The notes: generated from the sequence alone by a model not told the origin. Numbered from the stretch's first letter, positions 1 to 12,285 are shown. The stretch is 29,098 nucleotides of DNA from Lama guanicoe (GCA_013239625.1 MU054308.1:77174-106271); one strand, 5' to 3'. Numbers and translations are program-made.

Positions 1-368
1 ACCACATAGTGGTCATAGGCCATGACAATGAGAAGGATGATCCCTTCTCCACCAAGGAAATGATCTGCAAAAAGCTGGGTCATGCAACCTTTGAGGGAGA
101 TGGTAGTACTCTCAGAGAGGGAGTCCACAATCATCTTGGGGGCAATGACAGAAGAGAAGGTAACATCCAAAATGGACAAGGAAGTAAGGAAAAAATACAT
201 GGGTGATCTCAGACTCTCATCTGTGACCATGGTTACCACAATGAGGAGGTTTCCCAAGACGGTGGACACATACATGATTAGAAATACAGCAGAGAGTATT
301 TTCCTCAGCTCTGGATTCTTTGTAATGCCCAAAAGGATGAATTCAGTCACGTTGTTGGGATTCTCCAT
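1..368 (-). CDS. OR4C6: Olfactory receptor family 4, OR4C6-like; 5' part only (TM1-TM3), continues beyond the window edge. Not in the ORF track
   Basis: Manual translation from ATG at 368: [122 protein letters not shown]. It has the N-x-T sequon, GN, PMYFFL and MAYD motifs, and no stop in 122 codons. Closely resembles human OR4C6 as recalled. Functional status is unknown (DRY->DHY, 3' half not visible). Confidence 0.9.
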   Translation of the reverse strand, partial: MENPNNVTEFILLGITKNPELRKILSAVFLIMYVSTVLGNLLIVVTMVTDESLRSPMYFFLTSLSILDVTFSSVIAPKMIVDSLSESTTISLKGCMTQLFADHFLGGEGIILLIVMAYDHYV

Positions 369-402
369 TTACTGTGGACTGATATAAACTTATCAGTCTG
401 AG

Positions 403-437
403 CTGGAAAATCTACAAAGAATGTTATTTTTAATTAG
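403..437 (-). promoter_or_regulatory. Probable splice acceptor of the OR4C6-like coding exon
   Basis: Minus strand reads CTAAT (branch-like, 437-433) ...ttctttgtAG|attttccAG|, with the first AG at 413-412, 43 nt before the ATG. OR genes typically have an intron in the 5' UTR. Confidence 0.6.
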
Positions 438-699
438 GTATAACTGAAAGTTTTGGACATTGTTTTGCTCTGTATCATACCCTCATATCCTATCTTTTCA
501 CTTGGACATCAATTCAGCAACCAGCTGATAAAAATTATAACCTGAGAACAGCTTGATCCTACTAATCAATCCAAAATCTTCTATCTCCAGTGTGTATCTA
601 GCTATCCTTCCTGACACTTGTTGCTTGAGACACTTAGAAACACATTCTTCATCACTCTGGTATGAATAATGAATATATCTCAAGGAAATCCTAGATCTT

Positions 700-877
700 T
701 AGTATTAGGAGCCAGTGGATAAATGACAAGCAACTTACTACAATCTTACATTCACTATCTTTCCTTCCTGGGTTTCACTCTCCCCCATTCACCACCTCCC
801 CTCTGTTTTCCAAAATGAACCACCTACACTAAAGCCCTTTTCTCAGACACTGTCCTTCAGGAACCCCAAGCTAACGA
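700..877 (+). mobile_element. Degraded ERVL-type LTR 3' end (LTR16-like)
   Basis: 'cacctacactaaagcccttttctcagacactgtccttcaggaaccccaagctaacga' resembles the recalled LTR16 3' terminus. Boundaries are approximate. Confidence 0.4.
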
Positions 878-1104
878 TTTGACCTTAATTATCACTAGAC
901 ACACCTAATAACCAAGAACTTGGAAAAATTCATCTCAATACATTTATTTATATCATATAATTATCAATCACCTAAAATATGCTAATTGAAGATCTTACAA
1001 GACAGATAGGTCATAGTCTAAGGACTCTTCACTTATTAAGAACTATATTCTTTTCATCTATATTTCTTCCCCTCAAATTGGAATATTATTGTTACTGTGA
1101 ATAT

Positions 1105-1270
1105 TCAATCAATCCCTACTCTGTACCAAGCACTGGAATACTCTATGAGACAGTTTCTTCATTTTAGAGATGACACTGAGTCAAAAAGTCATGAAGAAAA
1201 TGAAACCACATTCCCACAGCTAGTAAATATTGAAGCCAAGTTCAAGTCCAACTTTTTCTGAATCAAAATC
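1105..1270 (-). mobile_element. MIR SINE fragment
   Basis: 'ctactctgtaccaagcactgg...cattttagagatgacactgag...cacagctagtaaatattgaagccaagttcaagtcca' matches the reverse complement of the MIR core. Confidence 0.65.
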
Positions 1271-1661
1271 AACACCAATAGCAAGTGATATTGCTCCTTT
1301 TATGATGAGTGCTTGGTGTGGAATAGATATTGATCATTTAATAACTTCAATATCACAACATTCCACTGAGATAAATATATGTTTCCTGTGCTTATTTCAT
1401 TCAATAATTATGTAATAAAATTCAGAGAAATCTAATGATAATTCTACAATAAAGACCATGTTTTATTTATAAATATAATCCAATCCTGAAACTACAAGTT
1501 ATAACCTTTAACTAAGTTTTCAAGATTCTAATTATTTTCCAGATATGCAGAATTAAAAAAAAATTAAATCTCTTTCTCTGCTCCAGGAAGACTGAGATCC
1601 AACTTGTCCAACATTATCCTTGCAGATAAGCTTGAATCAGTGTCAATCATTTATTCCATTT

Positions 1662-1676
1662 TGTGTGTGTGTGTGT
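1662..1676. repeat. (TG)7 microsatellite
   Basis: Seen directly. Confidence 0.85.
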
Positions 1677-3129
1677 AGAGCCACACCCAGATGAAACAAA
1701 GGATTCTAAATAATAATGAAAAAAGCAATAAAACATGACTCATTTATTTTGACTCCCTATGTACCAGCAAGTTTCTTGGTCTGCTATTTGCATTATTACA
1801 TCTTTTTATTACACATGGGATGGGTACTATCATAAGCTTTACCTTGAGGATGAGGACATTAAAGCTCAGATATATTATGCTTCTCTTCTGAAATATGTGG
1901 AGATTACAAATCCAGGTAATCTCATTTTGAATCACAAATTCTAAGTGTTACACTATACCAATGAATAGTGAACAATAGCCTCAACTTGCTAAATACAAGT
2001 GTTATTAAAGTCAAATGATGTGGTAGAAGAACTGGTTCAGTAGCAAAATTCTCTTTGCTTGGGATACTTAAGCAGAGGCTGTCTGTCTCTTGATGAGAAT
2101 GTAGTTGAGATCATAGCTTTAAATGGGGATGTAAACTACAGGTTCTCTAAGAGACTTCTAAACACTCAAAGACCCATTCTTAGACTCATTTCTCTTATTA
2201 AACAAAGGATATATTTTCCAGGACACTTTGCAAACCTGGAGTTTAAATTAACTCCAACCTCTCCCATATCTAGCCCAAGAAAATAAAAAAAAAGAAAAAA
2301 GTTAATAGCCCTATGTGAAGAAAAATGACATATTCTTGAAAAGTCAGGGTATATTCAAAGACAATTTTCATATCAGTTTTAACTCCTTATGTGGATGCTT
2401 AGGGATAGCTAATTGATTCTCTATCCACAAAATTTTGAATGGTGTACTGTGTGCATACCAATTATATAATTAAATTTATATAAATCCATGAAATTGAATT
2501 GATCTAAAGAAAATTTCACTGAGCCATGGCACCCAAGCAAACTGGTGCTAGCCTATGTCTCCAGAACCAAGTACAGTTTTCAGAGCCTGGCTGCCATTCC
2601 TCTGACAGTGAGGCCCAGAATCCCATTTTGCATCTTCCATCTTTACCATTTTTATCCCTAGACATGTTTTAGCCAAAACCAAGAGCTGGACCATACCTGG
2701 ACTCCCAGGTGAGTGTTGAATCACTGCCTTCAAATCCTTTTTGTGATGTTGTCTGTTTCCTTCCAGTGTTCCTGTGAAATGCCATTGCTCAAAAGACTGC
2801 TCATATAAAGAAGTGAGGAATTACATTTCATCAATTGTCTAATTATTACCTAGACTGTATATATTTCTGTTTCATAGCATGTCTATTAATGCAAAAGATT
2901 CAAGGCAATGCCTTCTCCATAAAGAGGGAGACAAGACTGCATGAGCAGTCCTGAAACAATGCATGTACAAAATAAGTTCAAGAAGGGAAAATATTAGTAT
3001 GATCTACAAACTTCAAAAAAGATGAAGTGAGCTAATCCTTGACACGAGCATTGAGAATATTAGAAATTTGTAAATTTAGAAACTGAACAAGAAGGACAAC
3101 TGTACAAAAAAGGCATGAAGAAAGAAGGG

Positions 3130-3415
3130 GAAACATGGTGTAGAGTCAAAATTCAGGGACTTTTGACATCAGAAAACCTGGGTTTCATTATGGACCTTCC
3201 AGGGGTATAATTAACCAGAAGTTATTTATTCCCCTAAATCTCAGTTGCTTTTCAGAGTTTTGTTATTAAACATTAAGTTCCTAGAATTATAGCTTAAATT
3301 TTAATATTCAACCTTATAAACAGTAAAATGTAATAAGAATGTGAACTTTTATTAGTTTAAATGTTTATTAAGTAGTACAATGGCCTGGCACATTTTGCGT
3401 GTCTCATAAAACTTA
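3130..3415 (+). mobile_element. Degraded MIR SINE
   Basis: 'catggtgtagag...ttttgacatcagaaaacctgggtttc' (5' part), 'aatctcagtt' and 'tggcctggcacat' (3' part). Confidence 0.5.
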
Positions 3416-3554
3416 GTCCCATTCCCCCCTATTAATCCCAGGTATGAAGTGTCTTGAGTAGATGCACCCGGCCAGACTGGAGTTCAGTTAGGGATGGGTA
3501 GTAAGAGCTATAATCCTAAAGAAATCTGTGTAAATTTTTGAATTTTCACATTAG

Positions 3555-3670
3555 AGTTACTTCTTTGTTCTGAGTGCCTCACTTTTATTCTCTGTAAAAT
3601 GAAAAAAAAAGACACCTATTGTGCAATTTTGTTGTAAAGATTAAATGATTTTCTAAACATAAAAAGCTTA
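3555..3670 (+). mobile_element. MIR core fragment
   Basis: 'gcctcacttttattctctgtaaaatg...acctat...ttgttgtaaagattaaatga' matches the MIR core. Confidence 0.7.
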
Positions 3671-4149
3671 TACCAGCTTCCTTATTTCTCTTCCCAGCAA
3701 GAGGAGAATGCTACAGCCCACAAACTATTTTAAAACAGATCCCTTGCCTATGGACCATGTGTTTACATATGTTTACATTAAATGCTCCATGGTCAGCAGG
3801 GTATCAGTCCAGTGACTCCTCCACACTTGGCAACATACAGGTTTTTAAACTGACTTTTTAAAAGAAAATTCTTCCAAACTTGTTTTCTAAAACAAAATTT
3901 TAACAAAAAGTAGAATAGATCAAATAAAAATAATGTATTTTTATAAAAATTTAAAGTAAATTTAAAATGGACCCAAGGAATATAGTTTATATAGGTAGAT
4001 AGAGTGACAGAAATTTAAAGTCCAAGAACCTCTCCCAACCATAAGTACTCATTCTCATTTCCCTCTATTAACAACTTAGTAAATGTTCCTTAGAGGTACA
4101 TTAGTATGTAGGTATATACACAGTCATGTATGTGTTATACTCTATGTAA

Positions 4150-4620
4150 AAGTACATATTATATACTAATGCATTTGAAATTCTAGTTGCACTTTGTATG
4201 GGCACTATTTGTCAGTACTTATGATATTTCTTTCATTTTAATGCTACATATCATTCTATTTTATGGTTATCATATGATTCCTTTAACAAGTTCATGCTTG
4301 CTCAAAATTTATTCTAATAGTTTGCCTTATACACAGGGTTACAATGAACATAACTTACAGAAATCACTACTTGCTTGTTTGAATATTTCTGATGGAGAAA
4401 TCTATGTCATCACCAAACAAAACAAATATGCATAGATTTAAATTTGGTAGATCCTGTAATACTGCTCTCAACATCCTGAAGTGTCTTTCATTCCCATAAA
4501 TTGTGTATTAAAGAGTAATTTTCCCCACAGCCTTACAGACACTAAATATTATCAACATTGAATATATTTTTTTAAAAAATGAGGTAAAAATTTAAATCAT
4601 TTTAATTTACATTCATTTAA
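4150..4620 (-). mobile_element. Ancient L1 (L1M/L1ME-like) fragment
   Basis: 'cattctattttatgg', 'actgctctc', 'ttccccacagcctt' and 'ttttaatttacatt' occur in the order expected for the antisense 3' part of an old L1. Highly diverged. Confidence 0.45.
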
Positions 4621-4761
4621 TCATTCATTCATAGAATTTCACTTTGAGATAAAAAATGAATGTTAGCCTCCAGAAAAAGCTAAATTAAATGCAATGCAAT
4701 ATCTATATAGAGATATATAATCTATACACATATCTACGTGTCTAACTCAAACTAACAGCAA

Positions 4762-4945
4762 TAATATATTATTTAGCATATCTTATGTACTAGAAATTCT
4801 GCTAATATTTTATACATGTTATCTCATTTAATCTTCACAATTAGCTATGAAGAGACATACAGTATGGCTGAGATAAAGCAAAATAATTAATGTGCTTAAG
4901 AATATACAGTTAGCAAGTAATAAATACTGGATTTGAATCCAAGGA
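4762..4945 (-). mobile_element. MIR SINE
   Basis: 'tttatacatgttatctcatttaatcttcacaa...cagttagcaagt...ctggatttgaatccaagg' matches reverse-complement MIR. Confidence 0.75.
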
Positions 4946-7114
4946 GACAACTTTAAAGTTGATTGTGTTTCTTGTGTCTAAATTTCTTATGGAGCTAGAT
5001 GATTTATTCAGTAAAATCCTGGATAGCAGGAGGGTGACAGCAGTGTATTTAGGGAGTGTCCCTGTGTTGTCATTTTTAAGGAGCATTAGGACCTTGTGCT
5101 GCTCACAAGACCTGTACCCTGAGCATGTGCATCACCAAGACTGTCTCTAGTGCAAGGCTTTGCAGGCTTATTTCTGTCAGTTAGTCTTCCTATCTCACTG
5201 TGCTTTCCTTAAAAGAAGAGTGGACATGGAATTATCTACAGTAGAACTTTCCCTGGACAAAAATTAATATGCATTTGTAGATATAAAAATTAATTCTGTC
5301 TTGGAATGCTTCCAAAGGGAACAAGCTTAATTCCTGAACAATCTAATGCATCACCCATAGCACTGACTTACATGTATATACATATATGCATGCACATATA
5401 TATTTAGTTCAATGTATTAGTTCCATTAAATAATTATGATGAATATATACTAACAAAAACAGAAGGAAAAATACCACATAAAGCCTTTCCAAAACTGATT
5501 AGTGAAAGAATAAATTTAAAGGAAGTTGGTACCAGAGGAACACAGAAATATATACAATATATGTATTTATTATATATATATTACTTATATAATTCATACA
5601 CAGAGAAAATTGCTGAAAAAAATGGGAAACATAAAATCTGTCTTGAAGTGTCCTATACATCCCAGCTACATCTGTTCCTCTGTTTCCTAACATATCATCT
5701 CTGAAACATAAACTCTTATTTACTAATCTCATAATCTGGATAGAGTCCAAAAGGTAAACACTTAAGTTTCCATAATGCCAACCAAGAGGAATGTAAATTA
5801 AGCTAAAAACTATCAATAGCTCAAAGCTCTCCATCTTGAGGCTAAAATTTGTTTATACAGAAAAACAGGTGATCTACTAGCACATGTAAAATATAATTGT
5901 GCATGAATACAAGGGATTCAATTATTTCACTGATTTCAAAATAGTACTTCAAATTAATAATATCATGTTTAATACTCAAAACATTTCTAAAATCACCTCC
6001 ACAACTCAGTCTGATGTGGTCTCTGTGACCTCTAAAACCAGCCACTAGGTGGTCCCTGTAAGTAGGAGACAGAGATTGTACAAGTAAATTTTCTAGAATC
6101 AAGTCAGGGTAACCAAAGGCCTCACCTCAACAAGGATGTACTCATACAAATTTTTATGTACAAAAAAGGTTGATTTATGATACATTAGCATTTCAACTTA
6201 GCAATTCCAAGCACGGAGGTGAGTAAATCAGGACTTACACTGGAAACAAATCATCCAAATACTTAGTGGGAAGTTATTTTGACAGAACCAGGATTTCTAT
6301 TTTTGAAGAATTTTCAAATGACAGAGGATTTCAACATGTGCACACTTGCATCATTTCAACTGCATCCCTCTGAGGCTGTCTCTGCTGACTGAGGCACTAA
6401 TCATCATACCAGTGAATATCCATCCGTCCCTGTGATGATCCACTTCTCCCAGGGGCAGAGCTTCACTGTAGCCATGCCAATCCAATGCTATACCAGCTCA
6501 AAGCCAGATCATGGTATTAACAGTTCACTTATTTTTTCCACAACTGAACTCTCTTTTTCAATAGAAGCATGGCCACACATTGATCCCTCTCCCTGTATTA
6601 ACAAATGAAAAAGTCAGTAGGACTTGTTTTTGGCCACCTAGCTGGTACCAGAACTGAATTTTTCTGTCACCCAATCTTGTGCTGTCTACATCTCTCAAGG
6701 CTATTATTAAAATTTTGTCACATCTAACTGCAGGACAGTTGCCATAATAAAGGATTTTAAAATGTTTCTTAGCCAGAAAAATAACTAAATTTTTTATCAC
6801 TGCATAAGAATTAGTATTATCAAATGGTTTGTTTTCAACTTAGAAATATTTGGGGTTATAGCCTTCATTCATTTCTACCTTTAAAAGTAAAAGTACCAAT
6901 ACCGTACACTTAATAATACCCTTCATAGATTACAACTGGGTCATTAATATATTTGACCGTACACTCTGGGAAGTCCCTGGAGAAGGAAGACTCTTCCAGT
7001 TTTACTGAATATGATCCTCACAGGTGACCGGCCAACTTCTTTGTTTAGATTGCCCTTACTAAGATTCTAAAGTTACCCCATATGCTAATGTAATTATTCA
7101 GACAAGGTTCAAGG

Positions 7115-7344
7115 CAATATTCCTCAACTGTTTTTTCACTATTGCCCCACAAAGGTGGGTTTTTTTTGGCATTTAGACCCTTAGTCACTTCACCATCTAA
7201 AATAGTAATGCTACAAAAGTACAACTTATTTTTATGATTTATTTATATCTGTGTATTATATATAAATACATATACATTAAAAAGTATTCATACCCCCCCA
7301 ATTTTTACCTACTTGGGAGAAATAGTACTCCCATCAAATGCATG
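7115..7344. mobile_element. hAT-Charlie-type non-autonomous DNA transposon (MER112-like)
   Basis: Starts 'caatattcctcaactgttttttcactattgcccc', has an internal AT-alternating tract and 'cccccccaatttttacctacttggg', and ends 'aatgcatg'. Matches a recalled MITE consensus; subfamily name uncertain. Confidence 0.55.
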
Positions 7345-7509
7345 TTTTAAATAACAAACATTTAAAAAAACAGAAGGCTTTAATGTGCTTATTTAAATTT
7401 TGACCAAACTTAAATTCTGTGGTTCTTCAACTACACAAATCTATACCCAAGGCTTCTCAATTATCAAATCCATTACTAGGAAAATTATATTTTTGCTTTT
7501 TCTTTTTTT

Positions 7510-7656
7510 GTTTACCTGATTATTACCCATCTATTCCCTACTGGAATTTACTTTCCACACAAAATACAACCCTGTTTGTATAATTTCACCTTGTATACCC
7601 AGCTCTTACAATTATCTTCCATTATAGGCACTGAACAGTATTTTTTGGTTCAATAA
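7510..7656 (+). mobile_element. L2 LINE 3' end
   Basis: 'ccctactggaat...ttcaccttgtatacccagctct...taggcactgaacagtattttttggtt' resembles the L2 3' terminus. Confidence 0.5.
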
Positions 7657-8165
7657 GTCAAAATTTCCTAAGCTGAACTGACCATGGAGCCATTTTCCCA
7701 GTAATAAATGATAACAGAATGTGACAACAAGGGGAAAAGCACAAGGGAAATAGCACCTATTCAGCTCTTGAAGGTGCTACCCTCAGTCCCAAATAGAGGA
7801 TCAGTCTCTTCAATGATTTAGTGGCTCACTTTCCTCCAAATATCTCTTTCACCCAAGTGTCACTTCCTTTGAAATTCAACCATTTGTATTTCACTTCTTG
7901 AGCCTGTTACATCCCACTTTTCATGATGCCCATGAAGGGTAGTATATCTGCACAAATGAGATCATTACATGGCTTTTGGCTGACATGAGAGAAATCAAGA
8001 GAGTGCAAGTAGCCTGTTAAATGGAAGTCGACATGTAGCTAAAGAGAAGAAACCCCCTCACCCAGCCCCCATAAACATAAATAAATAAGGGAAGAACACC
8101 CAACAGCAATCTTCACAATGTGGCCAAGATCAGATCCAAGCTTTGGTGTTTTTACATCATGATAC

Positions 8166-8758
8166 TGTTGTGGGTGAATACGTTCTTCCCTTGCACAGGA
8201 AAGAATTCAAGAGCAAGGCATGGCAAAGTGAAAGCAAGTTTACTTAGAGAGATACACACTCCACAGAGAGTGGGGTCTGTCTCATTCTGAAGGGAAAACA
8301 GCTTAGGAGTTATTCACTCCATAGGCAGAATCTGGGCCATCTCAGAAAGGTGAGAGGGAGAGAAGATGAAGGGTATGGGGTGTTTAGTTTAAAGTGAAAG
8401 TAGGTACACACTCCTTAGACAGAATTTGGGCTGGGTCAGAAGGCAAGAGACACAGAGACCACGAGGTGCAGAGTTGTTAGGTTTCATGGACTCGGTATTT
8501 ACATATGCTAATAAAAAGGAGGATTACTCCAACTACTTTGGGGAAGGGGTGACGATTTCCAGGACACACCCCCCACCCACTTTTTGACCTTTTATGGTCG
8601 GCCTAAAAGTTGTCATGGTGCCTGTGGGCATGCCATGAAGCTCAAGGTCTACTGGAAGTTGAATCTTCCACCATCTTCATTCTAACCAGTTTGTCCCATC
8701 TTCAACTGCTGTGTCATTCCTTCAGTGGTTTTGCCTTGCACCCTTTCCTCCCACTTCA
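8166..8758 (-). mobile_element. ERV1-class solo LTR, 593 bp
   Basis: TG...CA ends, a 4-bp near-TSD ATAC/ATAT, and an AGTAAA poly(A)-like signal on the minus strand (8239-8244). The 'gttctt...aaagaattcaagag...aaagtgaaagcaagttta' U5/R pattern is typical of MER4-group LTRs. Confidence 0.8.
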
Positions 8759-8819
8759 ATATCAAGGAATAACATGAAGTAGGAAGAGTGAGGAAACAAA
8801 TTCTGAAAGATGATATTGT

Positions 8820-8968
8820 TACTTATCTTCATTGAGTCTTATTTATTTCTTGTATGAAATGGAGTAAAAACCTCGCTAATGATACCTTTGCTATATTAAG
8901 AAAATTAAAGCACATAAAGAACCTATCAAAATGTATGCCTCATGGATGTCCTTCAACAATAATTAGCT
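8820..8968 (+). mobile_element. Degraded MIR 3' half
   Basis: 'gagtcttatttatttcttgtatgaaatggagtaaaa...cacataaagaacct...cttcaacaataattagc'. Confidence 0.4.
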
Positions 8969-9884
8969 CATTCCCCTCAACTAATGACTAATATTTTCAC
9001 TAAATTAAAAGTCCAGATTAAACCAAAGTACCCTGATACAACATATCCAAACAATATTCATCTCATTAGTTTCAGAAGAAACTTACTTACTCCCTTCTAG
9101 GTTTTTTCTTTAAAGAATTGGAAATAATCAGATAGCAGTTTGTCCTCAGGGGAGATTTTTGATGGTGAGTGTAAAGAAACACCTTAACAGGGCTTAAACT
9201 TACTCACAAATTAGCAAGAGTTAAACAACTGAGAACTCCAGAAAGTCTTACATTTTGTCCTTCAGTTCTTATATCTTCCAAGTTTGCTTTTGACAATGTA
9301 TAATTTTGCATCAGTAATCTTCTCAGCCACCTTGCTCCCCTTCAGTGAGCCCTTGTTATAGCCTCTAAGACACAATCATTGGCCTTAGTTTCCCTCTTCA
9401 AATCCTCTGTTTGGTCCTAGAATAAAAATGACTGTTACTCAATACTTTACCTATCCTTACACCTGGATTACTCTCATCTCCTACCTAAGAGTCATAAGAC
9501 AAAATGAACTACATGTCATTTAGTCTAGCTTCTGTTGAAATGGTTAGTTCACACCAGCAATTGTAAACATGATCATTTTATAGATGAAATGATGATTATA
9601 TCATTTTCCAGGCTTAGATTTTGGAGAAAATGTTCTGTTTCTTATGAATTTGAGACAGCCATGCACATTTTAGTAAACACAGTTGCCCCAGTACCATGCT
9701 CGGGCTTTATTGTATTGTCAAATTATGGAAAGAAGTAGCTCCATTTGACTAGCAAGTTTGTGAAGGTACATTTGTGACAAATAACATGAGTTAGAGAGTT
9801 GCAATTAGAGAAAGTTTAATTTATAAAGAGTTATGTAATAATACAGAATGATCTAATATTCTCCACATGTATAGAGGAGAGTTG

Positions 9885-10081
9885 CAGGTATTCCTCACCT
9901 TCCAAAAGTTCACTTGAGCCACTTTGCTTTTTATGAAGGCCAACATAAGGACTTGTTTCCACTGACTGAAAGAAATCAGTAGGGGTTGTTTGCTTTAAAA
10001 CTTTTTTGTTACCATATTAATGTTAATCTTTTGTAAAAGTGAAGTGACATAACTCAAAATTTCAAAAAGAGGAAAAACTTG
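9885..10081. mobile_element. TcMar-Tigger-type MITE
   Basis: Imperfect terminal inverted repeats of about 50 bp: CAGGTATTCCTCACCTTCCAAAAGTT..CCACTTTGCTTTT versus the reverse complement of the right end, CAAGTTTTTCCTCTTTTTGAAATTT..TCACTTCACTTTT. TA follows the right end; TG precedes the left. Confidence 0.75.
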
Positions 10082-10339
10082 TAGTGCTGAAATGAATACC
10101 TACAAATGAGACAAGGCTACAACAAGTTCGACAACATCTTCTGGATGGTCAAAGTGAATCATTAAGACTTTTAATATACATATAACTTTTCTTATCTATA
10201 AACAGAAACATACCAGAGACAATTGTGATTCATTGAAAGTAAGACTGAGTTTTAAAGACCTAACTGGAATTTTGTAGCTAAAACCTTTGAAACGAAGGTG
10301 CATTTCAGTGTAATAGTTTCTGGCACACTTTATAGGGTA

Positions 10340-10425
10340 AGCATGTGTGATGTGATGCAAGTAATTAGTAAAATTCTCTTGGCTTCAATTTGCTTCTCTG
10401 TAAAACGGGGACCCTAATAATGGAA
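10340..10425 (+). mobile_element. MIR core fragment
   Basis: 'tctcttggcttcaatttgcttctctgtaaaacgggg'. Confidence 0.5.
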
Positions 10426-11294
10426 TTACCAGTTTAGTGCATGGATGAATCAACTGAAGTGAAGATATCTGATAGATAATAAGGTGTTCATTTAGTGTAA
10501 AATTATGTATCAGACCTATAGACTAATAGCTTTGAAGCCAAAATATATACCTTTATGTTTAATTGGATGAAAGTAAGTTTACACTTTTTGTTTCACATGG
10601 CTCCTGAAGTCTTAATATCACAAAAGTAAACATTTTTTATAGTCAAGAAAAATTGTGAGCCATAAGGATGCTTAAGAATTTAAAACCAAATTAATAGTAA
10701 TCTGTAATTTCTCATTTATTTGTTGTGCTATGAAAAGATAGAAAGGAGAGAGAGATTTTGAATTATTCTTTCCTCCTTTTGTGAGGTCTCCCTTTTTGCT
10801 TTTGGTAAATGCATAGTGTAAGGGGAAAAAATCAGCAGTGACTCATTCAAACAACTGTCTCTTCCCCATATACCTATCTAAGAATTTCTATCCCTTACTT
10901 ACTTTTCCAAGAATAGGCAAAAACAAGAGTTCTGAGATGAAGGTGCTATGGAAAAGCCAATTTCATCCAACAAACATATATGAAAAATTTGGCAAAGTAG
11001 CAGTAAGACTCTGGAGTAAAACATACTCTACAATCAAACTAGCAGTTTACTGTTGTTTTCACCATTGGTTATTCTGAAGCTATGAATATGAACATTAAAA
11101 CTTTGGTAAAGTGCATTACAAGTCATCAAAATGCCTAATGAATGTCTAGTCAAAATAAAATACTCAACAAAAGTTAGTCTCTGAGCCATTTTTTTCTGTC
11201 AGTGACTGCAAAATTTCTTAATTTTTTCACAATTTACAACATGTATAACCCTCATGTGTATATAAATCATGATTTTCTTAGCATCATGAACAGC

Positions 11295-12223
11295 CTAAGT
11301 TACTCTCCTCTTCAACAAATTCCTCATGACATTTTTCACCTCAATGTTTCTACTGTGTAAATGATAGGATTTAACATAGGAGTGAATATTGCAAAGAACA
11401 TAGTCACCAAATTGTCCACAGGATAGGTGGCGACAGGATGTGTGTAGGTGAATATACAAGGGACAAAAAAAAGTATCATAACTGTAAAATGGGAGCCACA
11501 TGTTGAGAGGGCGTTGTGCCATCCTTCAGAACCATGGGGTTTCAGAGAGCTCAGGATGACTATGTAGGAGATCAGTAGCATGAAAAAAATGAGTAAGCGC
11601 ATGCCCCCACTGTTAGCAGCCACTACCACCCCAAGCCTGTAGGTGTCGCTGCAGGCAAGTTTCAACAGTGAGAAGAAATCACACCTGAAGTGGTCAATGA
11701 CACTGGGACAACAGAAGATCAAGTCAAATGCAAAAACAAACTGCACAGTGGCATGTAGGATCCCCCCAAGCCAGGCCACCACCACCACCAGGAACTGGCA
11801 GAGCCACTGTTGCATGATGATCATGTACTGAAGAGGCTTGCAGATGGCCATGTAACGGTCATAGGCCATGACAACCAGGATGATGATCTCTGATCCTCCT
11901 AGGAAATGTTCCACAAAAATCTGAGTCATGCAGCCACCCCAGGAGATGGTTCCCCTCTGGTACAGTAGATCAATGAGCATTTTAGGAGTTGTGACAGAGC
12001 TGAAGAGGGCATCAATGCAGGACAAGTAGGTGAGAAAGAAGTACATGGGAGCTGAAAGTGCAAGGTTGAGGGAGATGGTAATGACCATGAGCATGTTGGC
12101 CAACATGGTAAATAAGAAAATGAGCAAAAAGACAATAAACAGTATTTTCTGCAAGTGTGGATTCTGCATGATTCCCAAGAGAACAAACTCAGTCACATTG
12201 TTGGAAGGCATGAGGAGATCCAT
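11295..12223 (-). pseudogene. Olfactory receptor family 4 (OR4C/'Olfr140-like' type), frameshifted after TM7; probable pseudogene
   Basis: ORF 11336-12223 has PMYFFL, MAYDRY, ALSTCGSH and PMLNPIIY but ends YTVETLR*. The canonical tail RNIEVKNVMRNLLKRRVT* lies in another frame (stop at 11295-11297). One base is missing at about 11351; the restored length is 309 aa. Confidence 0.9.
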
Positions 12224-12248
12224 TCAGCAATTTACACCTTCCTGGGGA

Positions 12249-12285
12249 CTGAATTATCTTAAAGAATAAGGAATGATATTTATTA
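12249..12285 (-). promoter_or_regulatory. Probable splice acceptor of the middle OR coding exon
   Basis: Minus strand reads ttaat...cattccttattctttaAG|ataattcAG|, with the first AG at 12259-12258, 34 nt before the ATG. Confidence 0.55.

Noticed and set aside
9..387. Plus-strand ORFs 9-206 and 82-387, similar to 12030-12269 (shared PKRxNSVTLL) and 16904-17119
   Set aside because: They are antisense shadows of paralogous OR exons. The similarity comes from OR conservation on the other strand, not from a new peptide family.
498..10838. Many 60-110 aa ORFs in intergenic DNA
   Set aside because: AT-biased composition, many non-ATG starts and no motifs; expected by chance.
11295..11522. 75-aa minus-strand ORF
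   Set aside because: It is the alternate frame carrying the displaced OR tail, not a separate gene.
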